45,802 nt of DNA, from positions 1-45,802 of IMG/VR virus record IMGVR_UViG_3300023270_000003; one strand, given 5' to 3'. How positions within the stretch are numbered: position 1 is the stretch's first letter; each line of letters starts with the position of its first letter. This DNA comes from a virus (Duplodnaviria > Caudoviricetes). The notes under the pieces were generated by a model. The model was not told where the DNA came from. It did no database searches and saw only the letters and a list, made by a program, of their open reading frames with translations. A program made the translations under genes and the position numbers. Below, piece after piece: positions 35,112 through 44,121 of the stretch.

Positions 35112-36803
35112 GTGACTCTAGGTCTACGCAACATAGCACGCCGCCAAGCATCTGCTGCTCAAGCCAAGGAGAGGCAGGTCGACAAGGCCACCCTCATCCT
35201 GGAAGGAGCCAGCGAGAAGCAGCGAGCTTTGATTCTAGACCCGCATCTATATCTTGGCGCCCGTTGCCCTCGCCGTTCTGGCAAAACCTACGGGGTGACC
35301 TCAAAGGCATTGCATCTTGGCGAGTCGCGCCCGGGCTCTCGAATTTTGATCATCTCTTTGACCCTGAAGAGTACCGTTGAAAACTACTGGTCAGGAGCCC
35401 CAGGCGGACTGTGGAGTCAAAATGCGCGCTACGACCTTGGTCTCAAATTCAACACGACTCAGCACACCTGGGTTCATCCTAATGGCTCCAGAGGCCTCCT
35501 CGCGGGGGCAGAGACTAAAGCTGATATTGAACGACTTCGAGGTGCGGCGGCAGAGGCAGACCTCGTCATTCTGGACGAGTGTAAGTCTTTTGCTCCTGCC
35601 CACCTAGACGACCTAATCGAGAATGTGATTGAGCCGGGTCTCATGACTCGGAACGGTCAGTTGCTCATGGTTGGCACCCCAGGGAGCATCCCCATTGGAC
35701 AGTTCTACTCTGCCACCTGCCTACTTAGCCGCCTTGCTTCGCCCACCCCCGACGATCCGCAGCGCACTATTCCGACCTGCATCGCCTACGAGGAGTTGGA
35801 TAGCCCAGGGCCTGCTTATCGCGGGCTTACCGATGACGAGCGAAGCGACTTGTTCGTGTTGCACACCTGGACCATCCAGGACAACACAGCCGTGCCTGGA
35901 CAGTGGCTCCGTGCTCTCTCAATCAAGCGACGAAAAGGATACGGAGACGACCATCCAGTTTGGCGACGAGAGTACCTGGGTGAGTGGGTCTCTGATGCGT
36001 CTGACCTTGTCTACTCATTTGCCAAATACCGGGCTGAGGGCAAGTGTGCCTGGACGCCAGACCTCGACCTAAACCCTCTCACAGGGCTTAACGAGAAGGA
36101 GGGGCCGTGGCACTTGCTGCTTGGCCTCGACCTGGGTTTCGTAGACGACTCGGCCATGGTGCTGGTTGCCTACTCCGAGACCCTCCAGGAGTTGCGACAC
36201 ATTTACGATTTCAAAGCTCCGGGCATGGATGCTCAGGCTTTCACCGAAGAGGTGCTTGGTATCATCGCAACCTATGGCCAGCCAGAGATGATTGTGGCTG
36301 ACGTGGGCGGCGGTGGCGCTAAGATGATTATCGAGATGCTCAACCAGCGGTTTGGGTTGGCGATTCAGCCTGCATCCAAGCGCGATAAGCAGGACCACAT
36401 TGAACTCATCAATGGCGACTTTGCCCAGGACCGCATCAAGATTATCCCCAACTCAGACTTGGACCACGAGTTGTGCGGCCTGCAGTGGGACCTCTCGAAC
36501 GACTCTAAAGTTATTCTCTCGAGAACAGGTCGCCTGCGCGAAGACCCCTCGTGCCCTAATCACCTTTGTGACGCATTGCTCTACGTGTGGCGCTTCTCGT
36601 ACCACTACTACGCTACCGCTAGAGTAGACGGCCCCGAACAAGGCACCCCTGATTGGTGGCGGGTGCAAGAGGAGAAAGAAATTGAGCGAGCAATTGCACG
36701 ACGTCGAGCAGGCAATTCACGAGCACTTGGCGGATTCTTTGGCTCCGGCGACAGAGGTAATGTCCTCGGAGGATTCGGACCAGGGTTTTCAGTCTCCGGA
36801 TGA
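35112..36803 (+). CDS. terL: Terminase large subunit
   Basis: Walker A RRSGKT, Walker B VILDE, GTP motif, nuclease GLDLG..D, H..DA..Y. Confidence 0.95.
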   Translation: MTLGLRNIARRQASAAQAKERQVDKATLILEGASEKQRALILDPHLYLGARCPRRSGKTYGVTSKALHLGESRPGSRILIISLTLKSTVENYWSGAPGGLWSQNARYDLGLKFNTTQHTWVHPNGSRGLLAGAETKADIERLRGAAAEADLVILDECKSFAPAHLDDLIENVIEPGLMTRNGQLLMVGTPGSIPIGQFYSATCLLSRLASPTPDDPQRTIPTCIAYEELDSPGPAYRGLTDDERSDLFVLHTWTIQDNTAVPGQWLRALSIKRRKGYGDDHPVWRREYLGEWVSDASDLVYSFAKYRAEGKCAWTPDLDLNPLTGLNEKEGPWHLLLGLDLGFVDDSAMVLVAYSETLQELRHIYDFKAPGMDAQAFTEEVLGIIATYGQPEMIVADVGGGGAKMIIEMLNQRFGLAIQPASKRDKQDHIELINGDFAQDRIKIIPNSDLDHELCGLQWDLSNDSKVILSRTGRLREDPSCPNHLCDALLYVWRFSYHYYATARVDGPEQGTPDWWRVQEEKEIERAIARRRAGNSRALGGFFGSGDRGNVLGGFGPGFSVSG

Positions 36804-37107
36804 GGTCCATGCTATCGACCTTGCTCATCTTCGCGACTTGCTTAGTCTTCTCAAAGACATGGATGTCGCAGCGTTCTCAGCTGGCGGGGTTAATGTCGCT
36901 TTCCGAGTCCCTGAGCCAGGTGAGGTGCGAGTCCCCCTTGCAGGCAGAAAACTTGCCCAGGTTCTCCAAGATGAAGATGCTTCAACCTCGTCTCGCCCAG
37001 TGTCTGGCTTCAATAGTCTAGAAGCTAGAGATGGCTTTAAGAACCCTAACTTGTGGCCTGGTCAAGGTGGCCGGGTGCTTAGATTTGATGGCTCCTTCGA
37101 GCCTTAA
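36760..37107 (+). CDS. Hypothetical protein
   Basis: GAGG RBS before ATG 36760; between TerL and portal. Confidence 0.5.
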   Translation: MSSEDSDQGFQSPDEVHAIDLAHLRDLLSLLKDMDVAAFSAGGVNVAFRVPEPGEVRVPLAGRKLAQVLQDEDASTSSRPVSGFNSLEARDGFKNPNLWPGQGGRVLRFDGSFEP

Positions 37108-37116
37108 AGGTAGCTA

Positions 37117-39156
37117 ATGGGCACCCTGACGTATCTCGATAAGCTTTTCCCCTCTGCTGTGGCCGAGGATGCGCGCTACGTTTGGTGGCACGAGCCGGCT
37201 AAGGTTAGCAAGGGTGAAGAGGAGTACGTCGAGCACGCGCGGGCCAGTAGTCTGATTGCTTGTGCTCAGGTGCTTGAGGCCGAGCAGAACGAGATTCACC
37301 AACAGAATCTTTGGTCTGCTCAGCTTTACTCCAACCGCGAGCTAGCTGCATTTGATTGGGGCACTGGGCAACTCTACAAGGCCAGCCTGGCACCTATCAC
37401 CCGCACAGGTGAGAACATTACGGTGCGCGTTATCGACACCCTTGTTTCTCAGATTGCCAAGAACAAGCCGAAGCCAAAGCCCACTGCTCGTGGTGCCGCG
37501 TTTAGTTCTCGAGAGCAGATTCGCCTCTACGACAAATTCCTATTTGGCGAGTTCCAGCGAAATGATACTTACTCTCTAGGTAAGCAGACGTTTCGTGATG
37601 CCTGTATCTTCGGGTTTGGCTGTGTCAAGGTTGCCATGGAGGAGGATTCGGAGCACGGGGCACAGGTTTGCTATTCGCGTGTATTCCCGGACGAGGTTCT
37701 TGTTGACCAGATGGAGTACGTGGCTTGTGGCAAGATTAGGCACTTCTATCACCGTCAGGTCCTGCCTATCGAGGTGATTGCTAGCACCTACGGTCTTGAT
37801 GAGGAAGAGGTGGCAGAGATTTCCGCCTCCCAGGAAAGCTTTTCTTACCTCGAAAACAGGCCAGTCGGCAAAGGTTGGGCAGTTGTAGTCACTGGCTACC
37901 AGCTTGGGTGCAAGGATGCGCCAGGCCGCTGGATGGTGGCTACCAACAAGTGCGTGCTTGATGAGGGCGAGTGGCCGCACGACTGGCTGCCTTACGTGTT
38001 TTATCACTGGCAGACCCCTGTGTCGGGCTTTTACTCGGCTGGTGCAGTGGAGCAGGCCCTTCCCTATCAGATTCGCCTGAACGAAATTAACGAGGTTATT
38101 CGCGACGCCCAAGACATCATGGGCCGCCCGCGTATCCTAGTTGCTGAAGGCTCTCGAGTCAATCCCTACGAGGTGGACAACGTTATTGGCCGCTTCGTCA
38201 AGTACACCGGGGTTAAGCCTGAGGCCATCGTCTGGCCAGCTATCAACGCAGAGCTTTACAACGAACGAGACCGGCTAGTAAGGACGTGCCTTGAGCATTT
38301 TGGACTCTCCAACCTGGCAACTACTGTTACTCCTCCGCCCGGCGCCCGGTTCGATTCTTCGCCGGCGCTTAGAGAATTCAATGCAATTCAAGACGATCGT
38401 CTGTCCGACCCCGCGGAGCGCCTAGAGAAGTTCTACAAGACACTGGCAATCCGCACGGCTCAGGTTATTGAGGCTTCAGGGGCGAATCCCAAGACCACTT
38501 GGTACTCGGGTTACAAGAACAGCAAGGCTGAGGTTATTGAGTGGGCGGATTTCAGCGAAGTTCTCAACGATTACATCATGAGCATGGAGGCTACTAGCAT
38601 CTACTCCATGAGTCCTGCCGCCGCGCGTGATGAGCTTGAGAAGCAGCTTGCCATGGGGCTTATTACCCCTGAGCAGTACCGGCTTGAGCTTTGTGACCCC
38701 GATGAGGAGTCCGAGTACACAATTCAGGCCGCTGCTGCAGCCGACCTTACGCGCGTGCAGGAGTTGCTTGAGAAGGGCGAGTTTGAGCAGCCCATTCCTG
38801 AGCAGGACCTTGTTAATGGCGTGCAGAGGATGACTCTCGCACTGTTGAACCTCAACAAATACAAGGATGACGGCAAGGGGCGTGTGTCTCTTGCTGAAAT
38901 CAAGATGAATTTTATCAACTGGATTACCTTGGCCAAAGCTATTTTGGCTAAGGCCCAAGAGCCTACCGCTGCCACTGCTGCAAGTGTGCCGCCTGAGGGT
39001 GAGCCTACGCTGATGCCTGCTGAGGCTGAGGCCCAAGCAATGATGCAGGGCGGTGGCTTGCCGCCAGGTGGCTTAGCTGGCCCTGCTGCAACACCTGTCC
39101 CCGAAGCCATGGGTTTGGCACCTGCCGGCCCTGGTCCCATGCCTAACATCGCCTAA
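37117..39156 (+). CDS. Portal protein
   Basis: 679 aa after TerL; D..IFG.G..KV motif; Pro/Ala-rich tail. Confidence 0.8.
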   Translation: MGTLTYLDKLFPSAVAEDARYVWWHEPAKVSKGEEEYVEHARASSLIACAQVLEAEQNEIHQQNLWSAQLYSNRELAAFDWGTGQLYKASLAPITRTGENITVRVIDTLVSQIAKNKPKPKPTARGAAFSSREQIRLYDKFLFGEFQRNDTYSLGKQTFRDACIFGFGCVKVAMEEDSEHGAQVCYSRVFPDEVLVDQMEYVACGKIRHFYHRQVLPIEVIASTYGLDEEEVAEISASQESFSYLENRPVGKGWAVVVTGYQLGCKDAPGRWMVATNKCVLDEGEWPHDWLPYVFYHWQTPVSGFYSAGAVEQALPYQIRLNEINEVIRDAQDIMGRPRILVAEGSRVNPYEVDNVIGRFVKYTGVKPEAIVWPAINAELYNERDRLVRTCLEHFGLSNLATTVTPPPGARFDSSPALREFNAIQDDRLSDPAERLEKFYKTLAIRTAQVIEASGANPKTTWYSGYKNSKAEVIEWADFSEVLNDYIMSMEATSIYSMSPAAARDELEKQLAMGLITPEQYRLELCDPDEESEYTIQAAAAADLTRVQELLEKGEFEQPIPEQDLVNGVQRMTLALLNLNKYKDDGKGRVSLAEIKMNFINWITLAKAILAKAQEPTAATAASVPPEGEPTLMPAEAEAQAMMQGGGLPPGGLAGPAATPVPEAMGLAPAGPGPMPNIA

Positions 39157-39169
39157 TAGAGGAGCCTGA

Positions 39170-40255
39170 ATGTCGAACCCTTCCGCCCCAGTTCTCAACG
39201 CCCAGTCTAATCTCACGTACACGCCTCCGCCGGAGACTCCCATCGAGGAGCACCAGGAATTTGCTGATACCTTGAAGGATGCCATCTCCAGCATTGGGGC
39301 CGAGTTTGAGGCTGAGCGAGACCCTGCACCTCTTGATGTCGGAGATGATGTTCCAGAGGCTGAGGCGCCTGAGGAGCCGCAGGAGCAACCTGAAGGTGAG
39401 CCTGAGGAGCCAGAAGATGCGGAAGATGACGTCGCAGTCAAGCGTGGGCTAGACCGGCTTGTTGCCCGCGAAGTTGCCCTCCAGCAGAAGGAGGCCGCTT
39501 TCCAGGCACAGCAGTCGCAGTATCAGGCCGTTGTTGCCGAGTTGCAGGCTCTCAAGGCATCCGCACCCCCTCAGGATGTGGTGCAGCTTTTTGATGTTTC
39601 TCCTAGCGAGGCTCTGAAGTCTCTTGGGCACGACCCTGAAACCGTCGTTCAGTTGCTTATTGCAGAGCAGCTGCGCGCGCGAGGTAAAGAAGTTCCGCCT
39701 GAACTCCAGAAGGCTACGGAGAAGGCCGCATACGACAAGAGGATTCGCTCGCTGGAATCCAAACTAGCACAAACGCAGAAGGCGCAGGAAGCAGCCGCGT
39801 ACATCAACGCCGTGGGGCTTGGAGCGCATGAGTATGTCAAGGGGCTCACTGACCCTAAGACGCAAGCAAAAGTTGGCAAGGTAATGCCGACCCTGGCCGG
39901 AATCGCTAAGACTTCACCCGACCGTGTGCACCGTGAAATCATGGAGGAAATCACGCGTGATGCGCAGTCTCGTGCAGCAGCGGAGCCGAACGGCCAGCCA
40001 CTGACTTATGAGGAGGCAGCTAAGAGAGTTGAGTCTCGGCTGTCTGATTACAAGTCGCTTTTCGCCCCGCTTCAGAACGATGGCACCACAAAGCAAGTAG
40101 TTGGAGCCAAAGGTACTCCTCCCCAACAGAAACCGCCGACTAAGCCCTTGACCACGAAACCGTGGGAAAAGAAGGGTGATGACCTGATTAAGTCGGGCAT
40201 TGATGAAGCTATTCGTGAGTTCCAAAAGCACGAGTTGGCTAATCGGCGGAGATAA
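39170..40255 (+). CDS. Scaffolding protein
   Basis: Acidic disordered N-terminus plus coiled coil, between portal and capsid. Confidence 0.7.
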   Translation: MSNPSAPVLNAQSNLTYTPPPETPIEEHQEFADTLKDAISSIGAEFEAERDPAPLDVGDDVPEAEAPEEPQEQPEGEPEEPEDAEDDVAVKRGLDRLVAREVALQQKEAAFQAQQSQYQAVVAELQALKASAPPQDVVQLFDVSPSEALKSLGHDPETVVQLLIAEQLRARGKEVPPELQKATEKAAYDKRIRSLESKLAQTQKAQEAAAYINAVGLGAHEYVKGLTDPKTQAKVGKVMPTLAGIAKTSPDRVHREIMEEITRDAQSRAAAEPNGQPLTYEEAAKRVESRLSDYKSLFAPLQNDGTTKQVVGAKGTPPQQKPPTKPLTTKPWEKKGDDLIKSGIDEAIREFQKHELANRRR

Positions 40256-40293
40256 GCGGCTAAATGCCGCATAGACAAGAATAGGAGGCTTCA

Positions 40294-41538
40294 ATGGCCT
40301 CGGCTTCAACTATCGCAGCACTTCAGAAGATGTACAAGACGGTTTACATGAACCGTGACCTGGCTAACCAGGCGAAGCGGAAGACCCCCGCATATGACTC
40401 CGTTCAGAAGTTTGATGACTTCGACGGCGCAAACCTGACCTTCCCGTTCAACTTTGCGGTGCCCACTTCGGTGGCTACTACGCTTCCGGTTGCACAGGCG
40501 GGCGCTTCTTCGTCCAGCTTTGATAACTGGGTGATGTCGGTCCGTAAGAAGCTTTACGGCGTTCTCACCATCGATGCTGAGTCGATGCGTGCGGCCCGTA
40601 AGGACATTGGTGCATTCCTTCGCCTCCGTGCCAAGGAAACCAATGAGCTTATGGCCTACATGAAGATGATTCTTGGTGGGCACGCGTTCTGGGGTGACGG
40701 CGCTGGTAACCTTGCGCAGGTGACGGCGGTCGCTGGCTCCAACCCGGCCACGAGCTTCACGGTCTCTGCCTTCGATGTGATTAAGTTCCATCTCAAGCAG
40801 ATTCTGGTGTTCAACGCCACTCGGACGGGGTCGGCTGGTACCATCAAGGCTTCGACCTTCCAGGTTACTGGCCTCAACCGCACCACGGGCGTGATTACGG
40901 TCACTCGACTCACTGGCGCTGGCGCTGGCGTTGACCCCGCGGTTAACGACTTCGTGTATCAGGTTGGTACTTACGACAGCTTCCCGCTTGGCATCGATGC
41001 GTTCATCCCTGCCTTTGACCCGGGCACCAACGGTGTTCCGGCTGCGCTTCTGGGCATGACCCGGACTGACGACCCCACTATGAAGTCGGGTTGGCGCGTG
41101 GCTTGGCAGGGCTCGATTGAGGAAACCATCAAGTTCCTGGCTGCTACGATGGGCCAGTATCTTGACCAGGAGAACTCGGTCTGCTGGGTTAGCCGCTTCA
41201 ACTGGTTCCGTCTGGACCAGGAGCTTACCGCCCAGAACCGCAAGGTGATGGATACGCGGGCTACGCAGGTGTTCGGTTCGCCGGCCCTGCTGCTTATCAC
41301 GCCTGAGGGTAACATCCCGGTTGTGGCGGACCCGTATCTGCCCAATGACCGTGGTTACATTCTCGAGATGAGCCAGATTGAGACTCACCACCTCGACGGC
41401 CTTATCCACGTGGCTGATGACGATGGTCTGGGCGCGATTCGCCAGGCGGCTGATGACGGTATCGAAATCCGGCTGCGGTCGTGGGGCGAGAATATCGTCC
41501 AGCGTCCGTTCCAGTGCGGGCGATTCCCTATCATCTAA
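40294..41538 (+). CDS. Major capsid protein
   Basis: 414 aa, AGGAGG RBS, strong codon bias, synteny. Confidence 0.8.
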   Translation: MASASTIAALQKMYKTVYMNRDLANQAKRKTPAYDSVQKFDDFDGANLTFPFNFAVPTSVATTLPVAQAGASSSSFDNWVMSVRKKLYGVLTIDAESMRAARKDIGAFLRLRAKETNELMAYMKMILGGHAFWGDGAGNLAQVTAVAGSNPATSFTVSAFDVIKFHLKQILVFNATRTGSAGTIKASTFQVTGLNRTTGVITVTRLTGAGAGVDPAVNDFVYQVGTYDSFPLGIDAFIPAFDPGTNGVPAALLGMTRTDDPTMKSGWRVAWQGSIEETIKFLAATMGQYLDQENSVCWVSRFNWFRLDQELTAQNRKVMDTRATQVFGSPALLLITPEGNIPVVADPYLPNDRGYILEMSQIETHHLDGLIHVADDDGLGAIRQAADDGIEIRLRSWGENIVQRPFQCGRFPII

Positions 41539-41556
41539 GTCACTGAGTAGCTAATT

Positions 41557-41631
41557 GGGCTTTGGCGTTGCACGCCTTATAAGTCGCTGGAAGGCCGTGT
41601 TACCACGGCACAACAGTAACCCTTTTTCTTT
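41557..41631 (+). terminator. Structured element/terminator after capsid gene
   Basis: GGCGT/ACGCC and GCCGTG/CACGGC hairpins followed by CCCTTTTTCTTT. Confidence 0.45.
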
Positions 41632-41642
41632 AAGGAGTCTCC

Positions 41643-42041
41643 ATGGGTCACATGCATCAACACGGCATGAATACGTCGTCTCGAGGGATGTTCGTCGATA
41701 GCGTGCGCGTCACCGGTCTCAACGTTGCCAACGGCCAGCTTTGCACGATTGCAGAAGATGGCAAGTCTGGGTTCGTTGCCTCAGTCACGCATACCGCTAC
41801 CGGCGTCTACACCTTCCAGCTGACGGTGCCGTATCCGCCTCGCCACATTATCATCCAGCCTAGCATGAGTGCCACGGCTGCAACCTCTGCAAATCTCGTC
41901 CCTCGCTACCAGACTGCTAGCTATAACGCCACCACCGGCCAGTTCATTATCAACGTGAACAACGCGGGGGCGGCGGCTGATGGCGGGGCAACTGACGAGC
42001 TTCACGTGGACTTCCGGCTCGTTCATTACACCCGGAGCTAA
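41643..42041 (+). CDS. Putative capsid decoration / virion protein
   Basis: 132 aa beta-rich, TAAGGAG RBS, follows MCP. Confidence 0.45.
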   Translation: MGHMHQHGMNTSSRGMFVDSVRVTGLNVANGQLCTIAEDGKSGFVASVTHTATGVYTFQLTVPYPPRHIIIQPSMSATAATSANLVPRYQTASYNATTGQFIINVNNAGAAADGGATDELHVDFRLVHYTRS

Positions 42042-42047
42042 CTAGCA

Positions 42048-42752
42048 ATGCCTGTCTTTACAGTGCAGCAACTGGTCGACCGTGCGGCCGCAATTTCGGA
42101 CATGCACGACGATTTTGTAACACCCCAGCAGTGGCTTGCTTGGTACAACACTGAGAGGCAGGCATTTTCTCTTGCGATGGCTCGTAACGGGGCCGCTTTG
42201 CAAGACATTCAAATTTCTGTTACGCCAGCCACGGCGCAGTTTTCTATTTCAGGCCCGGTTCTGGCTATTGTAGGCGTGTGGGAACAATACCCTGACGAGC
42301 GCCTGCGCCCTCTTAAAATTCTAAATTTCGCTGACAATTTTAGGAGTGGGCTGAACACGGGGCCGGCGCAGTACGTGGTTATTACTGAGGACTCCACGGT
42401 TACCACAAACTCCACAGACTTCCGCTTTTTCCCTACTCCCACCTCTGGCAATTACATGATTGTCACGTTGCGTGCTCCTGATGTTGCCACCACCCTGGCA
42501 GACACCACGAGCATCGCGCTTGGTCTCGAGGAGCGGATTGTGCTTGGGATGGCGCGCAGAGCACTTATCAAAGAGGAGTCTGACGTCACCGACATCTCCA
42601 AGCTAATCATCGACCAGGACCAACTCATTGAGGAGTTTGGGTGGAAGCGGACGTTCGCTCAAATGCCTGGAGTGCGCAACGTTGATGCCCTGCAACGGGG
42701 GTGGGTTACGGACGTGATGCAGATTGACCCTAACGCCTGGTACTGGATGTAG
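42048..42752 (+). CDS. Head-tail adaptor protein
   Basis: TVQQLVDRA....DM...FV....L...N, F.PTP pattern; synteny. Confidence 0.65.
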   Translation: MPVFTVQQLVDRAAAISDMHDDFVTPQQWLAWYNTERQAFSLAMARNGAALQDIQISVTPATAQFSISGPVLAIVGVWEQYPDERLRPLKILNFADNFRSGLNTGPAQYVVITEDSTVTTNSTDFRFFPTPTSGNYMIVTLRAPDVATTLADTTSIALGLEERIVLGMARRALIKEESDVTDISKLIIDQDQLIEEFGWKRTFAQMPGVRNVDALQRGWVTDVMQIDPNAWYWM

Positions 42753-42754
42753 TC

Positions 42755-43060
42755 ATGGCGCTCACTCCTGTAAGATTGCCGACGGTTCTAGATACCAAGG
42801 ACCAGTTTCAGCGCGAGGTCCGAGACGCGCTTAAGACGTTGGATGAGCGAGGGGTCCGTAAGCTCACAATTACTGGTGTGGCACTAACGACTGCTACCAC
42901 GCTAGTTGCTCATCAACTTGGCCGAAAGCCGGTGGGGTGGCTTGTTATTGATAAGACCGCACAAGCCGATGTGTGGCGCGATGCCACTGTCGAAGTTAGT
43001 GCTGACAAAATCCCGCTTAGAGCGAGCGCTAGTGTGACCGTCGATATTCAGTTTTGGTAA
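42755..43060 (+). CDS. Putative tail protein
   Basis: VAHQLGRKPVGW motif. Confidence 0.5.
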   Translation: MALTPVRLPTVLDTKDQFQREVRDALKTLDERGVRKLTITGVALTTATTLVAHQLGRKPVGWLVIDKTAQADVWRDATVEVSADKIPLRASASVTVDIQFW

Positions 43061-43072
43061 GGAGACACAAAC

Positions 43073-44107
43073 ATGGCAATTGGTGACGTATTTCCTTACA
43101 CGGTGCCGCCAGTCGGTACGGCAGGCCCGTCCTTCGCTACTTCAGTCAATAATATTCTGACTGAGACGATTGCAAGACTGTCAACTAAGGTCCCTCTCGC
43201 TAGCATCGACTTTAATTCGGTGGGTAATCTGGCAGGGTCTCCACTTTTGGATGCAGGCTATATCACCCTGACCAACACACTTACTACTCCTGCAGCTAGC
43301 CCTGTTAATAGGCTTACCGCATTTGGTGGTGACTTTTGGTACGTGAGTCCGTCTGGACCGATTCAGATTACCTCTGGCTCCACGCTTAATGCTGCAGGAG
43401 TTGGTGGCATTACGGGTGACTACGGGGGCGGAAATCCTGCGCAGTTTCGCTTTGTAGATGCAGACCAGCGATACGACGCCTACGACAACTTTGGCACCTC
43501 TACTTTTGCTTACATCAGAGCAAGAGGGTTTGATGTAGCTGGCGGAGCGGTCTCGGCTGTGTTTGCTAGGTTGCAGTATGCGGGGGCTTCTTCTAGAACG
43601 TTCACCCTGCCTCCTGACCCTGCCTCTACAGCGAATCCTCAGCCTCTGTACATGGACAATAGCGGCAACATTACGGTAGGCCACACCAACAACAAGAGTT
43701 TCACGTATTCTGCCATTGGGTGCCGTCCCTCCAATGCCCCAGGAGGTTACGGTGACCTCAATATGAGCCTTGTCGAGGGGTCAGTGGCTCTTAATTCCGT
43801 TGCAGGGCAGAGGCTAATTAAGGGGGTAGATTACTTGCCTGGCGGGTTTGTAATCACCTCTGTGGTGCTACAATTGGCCAAGCTTAACACTACCTCAACC
43901 GGATTTAGCTTTTGCAGGTCGCTGAACGGCGGGTCTTTTGTGTCGCTTGGCGGAGTTACTTCCGTTGTTGCGGGCCCTCAGGCGCTGACAATTGCGCTTT
44001 CGCACACCGTCGACCCTACATTTAACTACAGCGTTTTTGCTGATTTGGTTGGAAACACCAACGACAGGTGGAGCGGGTTTACCATTAACGGATTCATGCC
44101 TAGATAG
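43073..44107 (+). CDS. Putative tail fibre/structural protein
   Basis: 344 aa G/T/S-rich; in tail module. Confidence 0.5.
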   Translation: MAIGDVFPYTVPPVGTAGPSFATSVNNILTETIARLSTKVPLASIDFNSVGNLAGSPLLDAGYITLTNTLTTPAASPVNRLTAFGGDFWYVSPSGPIQITSGSTLNAAGVGGITGDYGGGNPAQFRFVDADQRYDAYDNFGTSTFAYIRARGFDVAGGAVSAVFARLQYAGASSRTFTLPPDPASTANPQPLYMDNSGNITVGHTNNKSFTYSAIGCRPSNAPGGYGDLNMSLVEGSVALNSVAGQRLIKGVDYLPGGFVITSVVLQLAKLNTTSTGFSFCRSLNGGSFVSLGGVTSVVAGPQALTIALSHTVDPTFNYSVFADLVGNTNDRWSGFTINGFMPR

Positions 44108-44121
44108 GCAGAACAAGCAAC

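Noticed and set aside
40306-41409. 367-aa antisense ORF on the capsid gene
   Set aside because: Expected shadow of strong codon bias; no motifs
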